Source: Giardia intestinalis (Eukaryota). Taken from it: DNA of 64,000 bases. The DNA is taken from NCBI GenBank assembly GCA_000002435.2, contig CM018790.1; one strand, given 5' to 3'. A program made the translations under genes and the position numbers. The notes beneath the pieces were generated by a model that saw nothing but the letters and a program-made list of their open reading frames with translations, had not been told where the DNA came from and did not search any database. How positions within the stretch are numbered: the stretch's first letter is position 1; each line of letters opens with the position of its first letter. Positions 53,011 through 64,000 of the stretch are shown in pieces.

Positions 53011-55711
53011 GCGTTACTTTATGTAGCTTATGTAGATGTGCTGCTAGGCTCACTTGCTGGTGTGTCCAGAAGTTTCACGAGTAAATCCTCGTTCAAGTCC
53101 TGGCTGTCCAAAGACGAGAACTGATTGTGGATAACATGACGGAGAGTCCTCTCCAGTGATGCATCCAGAGCCTGGTGCGCTCCTCTGCCGTTTCGCAGGC
53201 GTGTGCTCAGGCTGAGTATGCACGTCGGTCCTTTCGGGGTTCAGGCCTTCTCGTGGACTCTCTGCTCTACCAGCGGTGTCTCTCCTTGGTCTTCCTTCAC
53301 GGTGGGTGAAGCTTGGATCGCCGTCTTTTTTAGATGCCCCGTCTGTCAGGGGCTGCCATCGGGCTCTCCGCTGGCCGCCCCTCGGTGTCCGTCCGGCTGT
53401 GTCCCGGGTCAGCGCTTCTACAGTCGCGGTCACGTAGGTCTCAGTGGGCCAGCTGGGGGGTGGGGCGGGGGTATGGGCGGTGAGGCTGGAGGGGACCGGG
53501 TGGGGGCTGAGGTGGGGTGTCCGTATGTGATCCTGGGTCCGGTGGGTCATTGCGGTGGTGGGTGATCCCCGCTCTGTTTGCTAAGGTGGTTGTGTCTGAT
53601 CACCAGCCTGCGTTGCACTCCCGAGACAGAGGCACCGACGATCGTGTCGTGTCCCCCGACTGAGCGCCTCCCTTAGCCCCTGCATGTCTCAGGCAGTACT
53701 GCTGCTCTGTCTGGCTGGTGCGTGAAGGGTGAGGCAGGCCATCGCAGCCCCTCCTGATGCTCTGCGCGGGTCTGCTGAGCCCCTGGCATGCCCTGTCCAG
53801 TGCCTCGACGGGGAGTTCGCCTCGGGCCAGCAGGGGTGTGGATGACCTTGTGAATGGGATGGGGTTCTCTCAGGCCTCTAGTGTGATGGCCCAGAAGACT
53901 GGCACGGTGGGGCACCAGTGACTGCACTGTCCCCGTGGTCAGCTGTGCTGCTCCTGGTGGGTCCTTGTCATGGAGCGCTGTGTGTTGTTCATAGGCAGAG
54001 GTGATCCCTCTTGGTCTCAAGATGCTCTACCAGCAGAGAGAAGCACGCTGAGGGTCACCCAACATCACCTGCTGTGTCCTCTTGGGAGTTCCCGATGTGA
54101 TCTATCAGGACCTTGACACCTCCTCGTGGCTCTGATGACCCCTCGGGGAGAGCCGGCATCCTATACTGAGGGGCGTACACCTTCCTGCATGAGCTGGGCC
54201 CCACTGCACTGCCCCCAAGGAGGTCTGCTATGAGAGGCAGTGGGATGATTGACAGCCCCTCAGAGTGCGGTGGAGGGTGCTCGTGGTCATCTCTGTGACC
54301 GGGCATCACTCATGATGGTCGGCTCTGTGCCTTATGGTGCTCAGAGACCACCTGTGCTCCATCGCCTGCTGGACAGCCGGGCCTCTTGTGGCGTCCGAAG
54401 GTCTCCTCACTCCTCTGGTCACTGCCCCCTCGGATCATCGGTGGAGGCCAGCGAGTCTTCGGAGTCTGGTGCCTGCCTGGGTGTCATGGGGGGCTGGCAG
54501 CTGTCAAGGCTCTGCCACTGCTCACCTGCCTGGAGTGTGCCTCCCTTGGGCCTGCTTTGCTGTGCTGCTTGAGTCCTCTGGCTTCTATCAGGCCCTGGTT
54601 GTGAGGGTGACCCCACCTGGCCTTCTGATGCCCCTGTGGATGAGCATAGCAATGTGTCTGGCTGGGGATCTCTAGTGCCCGTGTCTGTCACTGCCTCTCG
54701 GGTGCTCGGGTAGTTGCCTGGCGCTCTCGTATGGGCACACAGTCAGCGTATGTGGGTGGTCCTCCTGCACTCGTGTCCGTCTGTGTGCACTGTCACTCAG
54801 TCTCGAGAGCAGGCCAGTGCAGTCACCAGGGCTGCTGTCAGAGGGAGTCGTCTGCCACTACCATCGCTCGAGCAGCCCCTGCAGATCAGGCTGGTTGCTG
54901 TGCACCCTCATGGCAGGGCTGCTTGGCTCCCTTGGTCTCCTCTCTGTCCCGGTGTGCACGGCTCCTTCGGGTGGCTGACGGGGTAGTGGCCTCCGGTGAG
55001 TCTGCACTGGGAGGCACCGAGGAGGGAGGACAGCTAGGCTGGCACCACTCTCTGACTCCTGAGGGTTGCCTGGATGGAGGCACTCACGAGTCCACAGAGG
55101 GGTGAGTTATAGATACACAGCCCCCAGTCACCACAGCTGCGATCACCCCAGTCTATCGAGTGGCCAGGGGCACAGACAACACCGCTCCAATGGCCCACCA
55201 GTCCCCTCCAGCCTCACCGTCCCATACTCCCGCCCCACCCACCATCCGAACCCACTGAGACCCAGGTGACTGCGACCGTAGAGCGCTGACTCGAGTCACA
55301 GCCGGACGGACACCGAGGGGCCCAGCCAGGGGAGAGCCCCGACAGCAATCACCGAGTCAGACGGGGCATCTAAAAAAGACGGCGATCCAAGCTTCACCCA
55401 CCGTGAAGGAAGACCAAGGAGAGACACCGCTGGTAGAGCAGAGAGTCCACGAGAAGGCCTGAACCCCGAAAGGACCGACGTGCATACTCAGCCTGAGCAC
55501 ACGCCTGCGAAACGGCAGAGGAGCGCACCAGGCTCTGGATGCATCACTGGAGAGGACTCTCCGTCATGTTATCCACAATCAGTTCTCGTCTTTGGACAGC
55601 CAGGACTTGAACGAGGATTTACTCGTGAAACTTCTGGACACACCAGCAAGTGAGCCTAGCAGCACATCTACATAAGCTACATAAAGTAACGCGTTTACTA
55701 CCTAAGTACAT

Positions 55712-56479
55712 CTACGCCTTGCCCCGGCAGAGGAACCACCAGCAGAGGAACCCAACGAGACCACCAACAACTATGACAGCAGCCACGGCGATGCCCGCAA
55801 TGGCGCCGGTAGAAAGGCCGCTCTTGTTGACGCTAGAAGGCACACATTGGTTGTCTCTTAAACTGAATCTGTCACTACATGTCTTACATTTTGCTACCGT
55901 TTCATCTCCAGCTGGAGCATCACACGTCGCGCAGTTCTCCACCCCCACGTATTGCTTATCTCCGGTGAGAGTCACCCCTGTCGTGTCCGAGCACGGGATA
56001 ACAGACTGCTCGGTAGCCTTGGCGTTTGGTGCAGCAAAGTAGCCTTCTCCCGCCTCTGTGCAGGCTCCGTTAGATGCGCGCTTACAAAGGCTCTGCCCCA
56101 CGCCTGTGCTGGCGTCGTAGCATCCGCCCTTGTATAGGAAGTAAGTGGCGTCTGTTCCGCACTGCTCACACACAGTGGAGTCCTGTCCAGGAGGGTCATT
56201 ATTGGCCAGCTTGCACCCTGCGGTCGCAATTGATGGGGTGCCCTGTGCGGTGCAGACTCCGTTTATGGGGACAAACCCTGCGTTGCACTGCTTGCACACG
56301 GTATCCGCGCCGACCTGCTCTTCCATCCCGTCCTTGCAGTTCCCTGCAGCATATGCATTATCACGATTGCCTGTATCTCTATTAGACCGAGATCCCGAGC
56401 GTAGATATTCAGAGTGGTGATTTGTTGTATGCCGGACAGCGAGCGTACTTAGCACAAGGTAGAAGGCTATGAGTAACAT
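55712..56479 (-). CDS. VSP: variant-specific surface protein (VSP), identical second copy, convergent with 52224..52991
   Basis: Identical 255-aa translation ending ...FLCWWFLCRGKA on the minus strand. Confidence 0.85.
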   Translation of the reverse strand: MLLIAFYLVLSTLAVRHTTNHHSEYLRSGSRSNRDTGNRDNAYAAGNCKDGMEEQVGADTVCKQCNAGFVPINGVCTAQGTPSIATAGCKLANNDPPGQDSTVCEQCGTDATYFLYKGGCYDASTGVGQSLCKRASNGACTEAGEGYFAAPNAKATEQSVIPCSDTTGVTLTGDKQYVGVENCATCDAPAGDETVAKCKTCSDRFSLRDNQCVPSSVNKSGLSTGAIAGIAVAAVIVVGGLVGFLCWWFLCRGKA

Positions 56480-59400
56480 TGATATCCCTCTCGGCTTATT
56501 ACATAGATAAGAGTCCGATAGTTAGAGCTAAAAACGTCTATCTGACTGTGCTATGCAGGTAGTCCGAAGAGACCCTACTCCTACGATACCTCGGTCTAGG
56601 AAGGAGGAGCCCAGCGAATGCCAAACGCGTTCATTATATAAGCCCACCACCTCGTCCATCGCGGGCCCTCCAGGCCTGGCCAAGCGACATCCGAGGAGCC
56701 CCGCACTCCTTGCAAAGCACGCAAGGAAGTAGAAATTCTAAAAGCAAACAGCAGAACCGTCCCGTGCGCCGGGCATCCCCCTTCTCCGCGGCCAATCGGA
56801 GGACAGCCCGGGCGCCCCCACTGTGCCCATGCCCGCTACCGGCGCCTCTGCATTTCCGGAGAGCCAGACACCTGCACTTCCCTGCGCTGGTTAGAGCTCT
56901 ACGGGCCCATGTATGCCGGCACTCTCCTATCCGCTCCTAGTATTCCCACCCACCAGATCATGCCCGCGACCCTTTGCTGTCGCAGGGGAGCTACGCTCAA
57001 AGACAAACCTTTGCTGGATCCCGAGAGAAGATCCCAGCAGCCGCTAGAGTCTGTGGAAGGCGTAAGCCAGCATAAACTAGCTAACGAGGCGCACCGGCCT
57101 GCTAAGTGCACATGGCGCTAGTTTTGATCTTTTGGAGTAAATACTAATAAGCCACCCCAGTACACAACGAGGTGTCAGGTGAAGCGCAGAAGGCGCAGGC
57201 TAGACCTTCCAAGCCTGGGCAGAGAGGAAACGCTATCCAAACCGCTGCTTTCTGGGCCAGTCAACTCTCTCCCACCCAAGGTTATCCTGATGCCATCCGC
57301 TGCAAGCAATAGTGGAGTACGATTGCCCGCAGCACCCCGAACCTGTGGGTGTGGAGTGTCAAAGGGCTCTCTGTCGTGGGCTACTTGAATAGAAAGAATG
57401 GGGGTCTGATGCGTCCATGCCGCTTTCTCAGCCATTAAGTAGATCTATGACCCAGCGCCCCTTGTGGCCTCGTACGGGTACCAGGGTAGTTGGGCGCCCA
57501 TCCACTGATAAGGGTGTCGAGCAACATTTAATTGCTACCTTCGGGCCAATCTGTGTCTGGTCATGGGTAGATATGCCGATCGGTGTAAGTGTCCTACCCT
57601 TAATTTATGCATCATGTCACCTGGTAGAGGGTATGGTATAGCTCTATACACCTCTCCGTGATGCTGCTGCGAGAAGTGGGCCCCTATTGTGTGGCTCAGA
57701 AGCCGGATAGTCTCCGAAGACACCATATCCTTGTGATCTCCAGTATGGCCCCGCTAGAAGGGCTCGATGTTCGCAGGCCAGTATAGGAAGCGAAGGTCCA
57801 ACAGAATACACCTTGAGGGGAGTGCCACAAACATGCATCGGGCACGATCCTGCTAAGAATCCTGCAGGAGGCCGGCCTGGGCCTCAGTGGCTGGAGAATC
57901 TTCAATAGGAAAGCGGCTGCTGTGATCATCCATTCATCGGTGTAGAGGATGTCCACTGCTACGGGCTGGATGATTTTTGTTCGCCTGTAGGGATCGTTCG
58001 GCGTGCAAGGTAGGCCATCGATGAGAGTGGTCCATTCACGTGGACTGAGTGGGGGGGGGCTCTATAGTCGACCGGTTATTCTAAGAAAGTCTGCACCAGT
58101 GGGGCTGCAATTACGGCCTGCATTCGACAGGTAAGGGTTCCATGGATTGGACCCTGTGGGTCCGCTGTGGTGAGCTCCAGGTATGTGGCTACCTCAGCGC
58201 AATCTCCAAGAGGGTAGCCCTGCCTGGCTAAGACTCGTAGGCACGAACATAGTACAGCACCCTTCTGAGTCTCTGGAGTCAAGTATACCTCAGACAACGA
58301 GAACAGATGGAGACCCAAAGGCGCTAGCCTAGGCTGCTCCGATCTCTGCTATCCGAGGAATCAGTAGGGCCACAGGATGGCAGAGGTCCCGCTTCATGCC
58401 CCAGGAGGCCGTGCCTTGGTGGAGATACGCGTCACGGTCCCTGCTACCGCCCCTTGGTGGGATGCTGCCTGGTCTGAAGGCCTGCTGGTCGACAGAATGG
58501 GTTGTGCTGAGAAGCAGCATAGTACCATACAGACGATGAGCTGAGAAGACCAATGCTGATTGTGCATCTCCCACAGTGAGTACGCCCACAGTGCGCTGCA
58601 AAGGGTCAACGCCCTGGGTGGCCAAGTGAAGCTAAGGTGCTTGGCAGTAGCGATATTCCAGACGGTAAAAGAGCCTGGTGGGGCTTGTGAGGAGATACTG
58701 GGGGCACAAGGTCTGCCGGGCTTATATGAGACGCACAGAGGATCCCCACGCAGTAAACCGATTGACCCTTTTCTTGATAGACAAGACTCTTGCCTGTAGT
58801 GGCCGTCTGCATGACACATTCCTTTGTGGGACTGACGGAAGCACCCACTGACCCAGAAAAGCCATCAGCAGTAGTTGCACGAGATGGACAAGCAGGGGAC
58901 AGGAGTGGACCACACTATCCTGGCTGATGATCAATCAGACTACGTAATGCGTATACAACCCTTGACCGAAATGGAGATGCACCGTAGACTTAGCCACGTG
59001 GGCTGAGAGCGCTGCTAGTAATCATCTGCCATGAGAAGACGCAGGCGAGACATTTGTGGACAGCAACCACGTCGACTGGTACCAGCCTGCACAGTGTATC
59101 CTTATAACCGATCTTCGTCCGTATACGAGGAGGAAGCGAACGTCCTCGGCCTCAGGCAAAGCAGACCCCTATAAACACTATGCTGCTACAAATGCATAAA
59201 ATCAGAAAGCAGCGTCTAGCTTGTCCGCGGGCCTCACGACCTTTCTACACCCGAAGGGAAGAAAGACACTACAGGCGTCCCTATTGCAATCCAGGTCGGT
59301 GGCTGGCCTCTCTGGTGTCAGCCTTGCCCAACTGGTCCGCTAGTCACCTCTACCTTCTCTGTATGAACCAGTTCTCCAGGAATCGTCATGCACGGGCAGC

Positions 59401-60237
59401 CTTCTACGCACCTGGCTGACATCCTCCTTTGCTAAGGTGTGTCATCAAGGGGTAAGTGTTATAAGATGAGCGCAGCCAAAGACAGATCTCCTCGCAGTCC
59501 TGTTCAACATTAGCAGCGACCATGCAAACGAACATAAGATAGGCGAGGAGCGTGCCGCAGTCCAAACCGGTCACCACACTAGGATCATAACAGTTTGTGC
59601 ACAAGGTTCTGCTTCTGGCTTTATATGTGGGTTTACGTCTCATCTTGAAAGGCAGCTTTCCATAGCGCCTTTCCGAGTGTGCAGTTGTCATTACAACCGG
59701 TGGATGGGCAGGCACAGAGATTGTAGGCCTACATAAAGGCACCTCTGGTGCAACCAAGTGCTGTCTCCCATCAATGGCAGACGCCTCGGCACACGGTGTC
59801 CGCTCTACTATCAGACCTTATGCGGCGTGTACGCATCGTCAGAGGGAGCCGATATGGGGCATGTTCAATCTGTTGGGCCGACACAGCTCCATTGTAGCAA
59901 GTGCAGTGGTGGAGGCAGTCACTGGCGCAAGACAGTGGGGCGTGTGGCTCAGTACAGCGATCCGTATTTAGACACATCGGTCCTCTGAGACGAGCATAAC
60001 ACGCTGTCCACACATGCAATTGCCTTTTCATACTGCTTACTCCCATGAGCAGTTGCGATACATCGTATGCCAGAAAACGGCGTAAAGGGTCCCCAGACTA
60101 TTGGACCAGTAGACCGGACTGACGAGGGCAGCTGGCCATGCGTGCAGAAGCTCTGTCCTGGGGGCGGCGGGTGCAACGGCTGCCTCAAGTTTTTTAGCCG
60201 GGGTGGGGCTGTCGCCTGCTATCTGAGTAATCTTCCC

Positions 60238-60312
60238 ATGCGAGCCACCGCCACCCTGGGCAAGCGAGTCTCTCTCGCCCCTGTACCAGCCGAGATCCAA
60301 ATCCAGAGTTCG
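60238..60312 (+). repeat. mirror copy of repeat B in the right arm
   Basis: atgcgagccaccgccaccctgggcaagcgagtctctctcgcc... read directly at 60238. Confidence 0.55.
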
Positions 60313-61809
60313 AGAGGCGGATGCCCTTGATCCCGGCGGAAGAACTCCTATTCCCGCTTCCCCTGGAAGCTGCCGCTCCTCGCGGTGCCCTCTAGGACTT
60401 CCCTTCCTCTGACCCATCGGAGTCAACTATCGTCTGGCACCTGGGTGGACACCCGCTATATCAGGGCCTGCCGTCGGTCACAGGATCTGGCCTTGGAAGC
60501 TTGACTCTGGCCATGTACTCCGGAGTAGCTTTGTGGCGCTGATGCTCTACGACGAAGATGGGATACGCCACGACCCCGGGTGTCTACCCCGTTCCTCGGG
60601 GTGCCTCTTCGTCTCCTCGTGGATTGTATCATCGGTCCCGAGTATGACCGGGAGAGCGCGCCCCCCGTACGCCTCTGTCTTGGAGTCAGAGTACGCGTTC
60701 ATGGATGCCGATGGAGTAATCCCATGCGGTGGTGTCGGGGAAGAGGCCCATCCCTCTGCCCATGGATCGCAGTGCGCTCTTGCAGGTGGTCCATCACCTA
60801 GCACGAGATCATGTCGACGCTCACCCTGTGCAGTGCGTCTGGCTCAGCTGACGATGCGGACTACGTCCGTCTTCACACCGCACAGCACACCTGGGGTGAT
60901 GCTTCGGTCTGTCGAGGCGTCGGTCCAGGGCCACCTCTCTAAGAGGCGTCGTCTGAGACACCGGGAGCGGTCAGGACTGGTTCACCCTCAGGCCGTCTCG
61001 CTTGGCGCCCATCTACTCGAGGATGTCAGACACTGCCAGCTACTGCGGCAGACGCCCGGCAGGTGGTCCAAGCCGCTACCACTCTTCGGTGCGGTCGGGA
61101 TCAGTCCGCCTCTGTCAGCCAAGCACCCCAAGGGCCGACTTGCCTGTCGAGGGATTCACATAGGTCACGTGTGGGTCCATCTCGACAAGCGTGGCAAATG
61201 ATCGGCGCATCATCACTAGCTTCGGCTCTTCGTTGTCTTGGAAGCTCCTTCGAGACTAGTTAGAAAGGAGGCCTCCTGCCCCTCAGTGCTCCCACACCCA
61301 GTGTTGACCGTCGAGCTATAGCGTTTCGCCAGGCTTGTCGTCACTATGGAAGCTGAATGTGTCGTCGGCATGGGTACTGAGCGGGGCCTCTCCTTCAGCT
61401 CCTGGCGAGCAGGTTCTGTCTCCCGCAGCACAGAAGCATGCGCAGGGCCCTGAGGGACCGAGTCCAGATACCTCGTGTGTCGCAGCCGGAGGAAGGCCCC
61501 GACGCAGCTCCTCGGGACGGGGCACACTCGCCTGGCAGAGGCCGTCTACTGTTGGAGTTCATTATGTCGAGCAAGACCGCTGTACCCATCAGCCTGCGTC
61601 TCCCTGCGCCATGCAAACGCCACCCATGTACATCCAGTGGAACGCAATCTGCTAGGTCTCGAGGAAGGCCAGGGTCTGGTCTCCAGGCGGCTCGGGGCTG
61701 CCTTGTGGAGCGTATCATGATCGTCCCCTGATCGTGGTTGTCCTGTCTCGTTCTTGGGAAGAGGGCAGAACAAAAGTTCTTTTTCTCCCACCAGAGTCGC
61801 TTGACACCT

Positions 61810-61889
61810 GAGTTCGAACTCTAGGTTTTGATCTTGGTTGATGCAGGGATGAGGGAGACCCGCTTGCCCAGGGCGGCGGTGGCTCGCAT
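61810..61889 (-). repeat. mirror copy of repeat A in the right arm
   Basis: Reverse complement of gagggagacccgcttgcccagggcggcggtggctcgcat at ~61850-61889. Confidence 0.55.
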
Positions 61890-62977
61890 AAGGAGTTCGA
61901 TGTTCTGAACAGTGATGAGGGAGCCGGGCAAGCAAGCGCCTCTCGACTGGCTTGTGTGTCTGCAGCTACACGTGCATGGGCAGTGAGCGGTGCACAAGCC
62001 CACGATGCTGCGGTTCTACGAATGCCTAGCCATGGCGAGTGCCGTCTGGGGATAAGGGGTCATGTGTACCGGTACAAACTATTCGGTGTTTCTCTGCACA
62101 CCAGCCTCATAACAATACTCTACTGGGAGTGACTCCGAAGCCAAGTAGGAGAAGAGGCTCTTCTGGGTCTTAATGGCCACAGGCCCCACTACACACCTGG
62201 CGGTGCCATGCAGAGACCGGATAGCCTTAGAATATTGTATAGAAGTCAGCAGGCACATGGCTTCGTCCGGTTAGCACGCGCTCTGTGCCGATGCGACTAA
62301 CGTACACTCATCGAAGCATTATCGCGTTTGCCCGGACGTCTTACCGGATACCCAAGAGCTCTCACTTCCTTTTAGCAGGAGATAAAGCGACTGCAGAGCA
62401 GACAGCAGGGCACCTAGGCCGTGTTGACAAACATGAAGTACAAAACAGCGAGAACTCCCGTCATGGTAGCATTAGAAGCTGCATTAGAGAGGGCGACAAG
62501 TATAAGCACGATTGTACTGGAAAGCACGGCACGCATAACAAGACGTGGATCTTGGCACACAAGAGCGTGGACTTCAAGACCGAGCTAGTGAGGGGCTTCT
62601 GCAGAGTCCCGGGCCTCAACAGGTCCTCGAGTGACACAGTGGCTGCGATCACTGCCGACCCTTTTGACCCGCTAGGGGCTAGTTTATCCGTCCTATGATT
62701 CGTGATATGACTTAGAGGGTCCAATGGGAAGACTCCGGCTAGGTTCAAGCGACCCGGGAGGCAGACGACCTCCATAAACCGCGCCAGCCTAGTGTCCACC
62801 CCAACCCCACCACTATCTATGCAGGCAGTAGTAGCTAGCAATGCATAGCAGCTACACGAAGCTGGTGCTCAGGTTGTAAACTGAAACCCAAGGATCTCCC
62901 CCTGGGAGAGGCGGCCCGCGTGCCAGGGGTTGCCTCGCACCTTGGCACGGTTGATACGAGCCCACCGGGGAAGTAAA

Positions 62978-63598
62978 ATGGACGTAGTTCCGCCGAGACT
63001 CACGTACTACGACGCCCGGGGCACCGCATTGAAGTGCCGGCTCCTGCTCGCAGACCTGGAGATACGGTACGAGTGGGCGCCCTTGGCGAGCGCTGAGCAG
63101 GTGGCCGCGGCGAAGGTAGGTGCACCATCGTGCACGCTCCCCGTGTGGGAAGACAGCGCAGCGCGGGTGGCCGGGGGCATGGTCATTCTAGAGTACCTGG
63201 GGGCGAGCCTGGGGCGGTACAGCACGTCATTGCAGGTGCAGGCTGCTGCGCGGGCCCTGGTGCTCTTCTGTGAGGATCTTCTTGCCGCCGTCTGGAAGGA
63301 GCCCGAAGCCGTGGCAGAGGCCCTTGCCGCTGGGGCAGAGATGACGCGCTCGGAGTGCATCGCGGCCTACCGACAGAACAGGATCCTTCCGGGATTGACC
63401 GTTCTGACCCGGGACGTGCTGAGCCTCCGGAGCCTGGCTCCCGAGCCGCTCTATTCGGACTACGCGGTCCTGGAGGTCCTGTATTATGCGGACGCAGAGT
63501 ATCCGGAGCTCGTGGACCAGTTTCCACCGCTGCGCGAGCTATCTGATGGCTACCGTGCGCGCCCAGGGATCAAGAAGCTCCTCGCCTCGCTGGTCTAG
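62978..63598 (+). CDS. glutathione S-transferase-fold protein, second identical copy
   Basis: Mirror of 45105..45725 with identical translation. Confidence 0.5.
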   Translation: MDVVPPRLTYYDARGTALKCRLLLADLEIRYEWAPLASAEQVAAAKVGAPSCTLPVWEDSAARVAGGMVILEYLGASLGRYSTSLQVQAAARALVLFCEDLLAAVWKEPEAVAEALAAGAEMTRSECIAAYRQNRILPGLTVLTRDVLSLRSLAPEPLYSDYAVLEVLYYADAEYPELVDQFPPLRELSDGYRARPGIKKLLASLV

Positions 63599-64000
63599 AG
63601 GCCGCGTGGCCGGCACGGGACAGGGCCATTTTCAAAAAGCCCCAACGTGTTTCACTCCAACCAGCTGCCCGTGGCTCCCTGGGACACCTCTTCCCGGGTC
63701 AGCGCTTCTGCATACAGGGTGAAGAGGGGCCTGCAGTGGCGGCCGCGTAGCTAGCTGGGTTCGCTCCATCCGGCGAGCGCACGGACACTGCAGGAGAAGG
63801 CGCCGTGCAGAGCATGCGCAGCCACGCTCTGAAGCAGGGGGTTGGAGGATACAGCCACCAGCGGCTTCGACCAGCCTGTATCCACGAGAAGTTGTGGCCA
63901 CTCCGTGCCGGGCCTCCAGTGCTCCATGCAGAGGGAGCACTATATATGCTTATTTGGCAGCGTCAGGAGACTCTGCCCCGTGACTACTTATTTCGGGACT

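Larger units (their letters stand above)
44703..53345. repeat. left arm of giant inverted repeat (truncated by window)
   Basis: The reverse complement of 55358..64000 matches base for base wherever checked (44703-44790, 45040-45070, 53000-53345). Every ORF-track ORF in 44.7-53.0 kb has a mirror with identical translation centred on 54351.5. One mismatch found (45063 a vs 63640 c). Confidence 0.9.
55358..64000. repeat. right arm of giant inverted repeat (runs to window end)
   Basis: Reverse complement of 44703..53345; see the left-arm entry. Confidence 0.9.

Noticed and set aside
52661-53053. 130-aa ORF antisense to the VSP gene (mirror at 55650..56042)
   Set aside because: It lies entirely antisense within and after the VSP CDS and has no independent signals. 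It is treated as a shadow ORF.
41100-64000. rDNA, telomeric TAGGG arrays or GilM/GilT-type retrotransposons as explanation for the GC-rich block
   Set aside because: No rRNA-like conserved stretches, no TAGGG tandem arrays and no long RT/endonuclease ORF. Composition (~60% GC) is well below Giardia rDNA.
44703-64000. Palindrome as a pure assembly artefact
   Set aside because: Not excluded. It is disfavoured because the arms differ at a checked base (45063 vs 63640), and because identity stops at a discrete point with a diverged transition and an asymmetric spacer, which a simple fold-back chimera would not produce. It needs spanning-read confirmation.

Overview
This window is diplomonad (Giardia-type) nuclear DNA, and it falls into two very different parts.

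Region 1-41.1 kb: a compact, almost intron-free gene array at about 45-50% GC. AT-rich initiator elements sit directly on the ATGs. Genes called here are: mitosomal chaperonin Cpn60; the [2Fe-2S] ferredoxin with its 35-nt non-canonical (CT..AG) intron; a 3123-aa orphan protein; a 1088-aa GGxxG-repeat/EGF-like membrane protein; PITP; PF16/SPAG6; ARL2; a divergent CMGC kinase; two Myb-like paralogs; a high-cysteine membrane protein; DRG GTPase; a 1614-aa orphan; an RIIa-like protein; an 1118-aa coiled-coil protein; gamma-tubulin; and tRNA-Ala(AGC).

Region ~41.1 kb to the window end: the composition switches abruptly to GC-rich (~60%+), gene-poor DNA. ORFs overlap in all six frames there, which I read as compositional noise. 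This part is dominated by a giant inverted repeat. The arms are 44703-53345 and 55358-64000, so at least 8.6 kb each, truncated by the window, with one mismatch seen. Their similarity decays into a ~1.5-2 kb asymmetric spacer. Each arm carries a complete VSP gene with a ...CRGKA tail, transcribed toward the spacer so that the two copies are convergent and identical. Each arm also carries a GST-fold gene whose Ala-rich, very GC-rich codon usage is unlike the Giardia genes upstream, and a nested pair of ~80-bp inverted repeats bracketing ~1.5 kb.

The ORF track evidently accepts non-ATG starts (TTG, GTG, ATT). I reset several 5' ends to the first plausible ATG.
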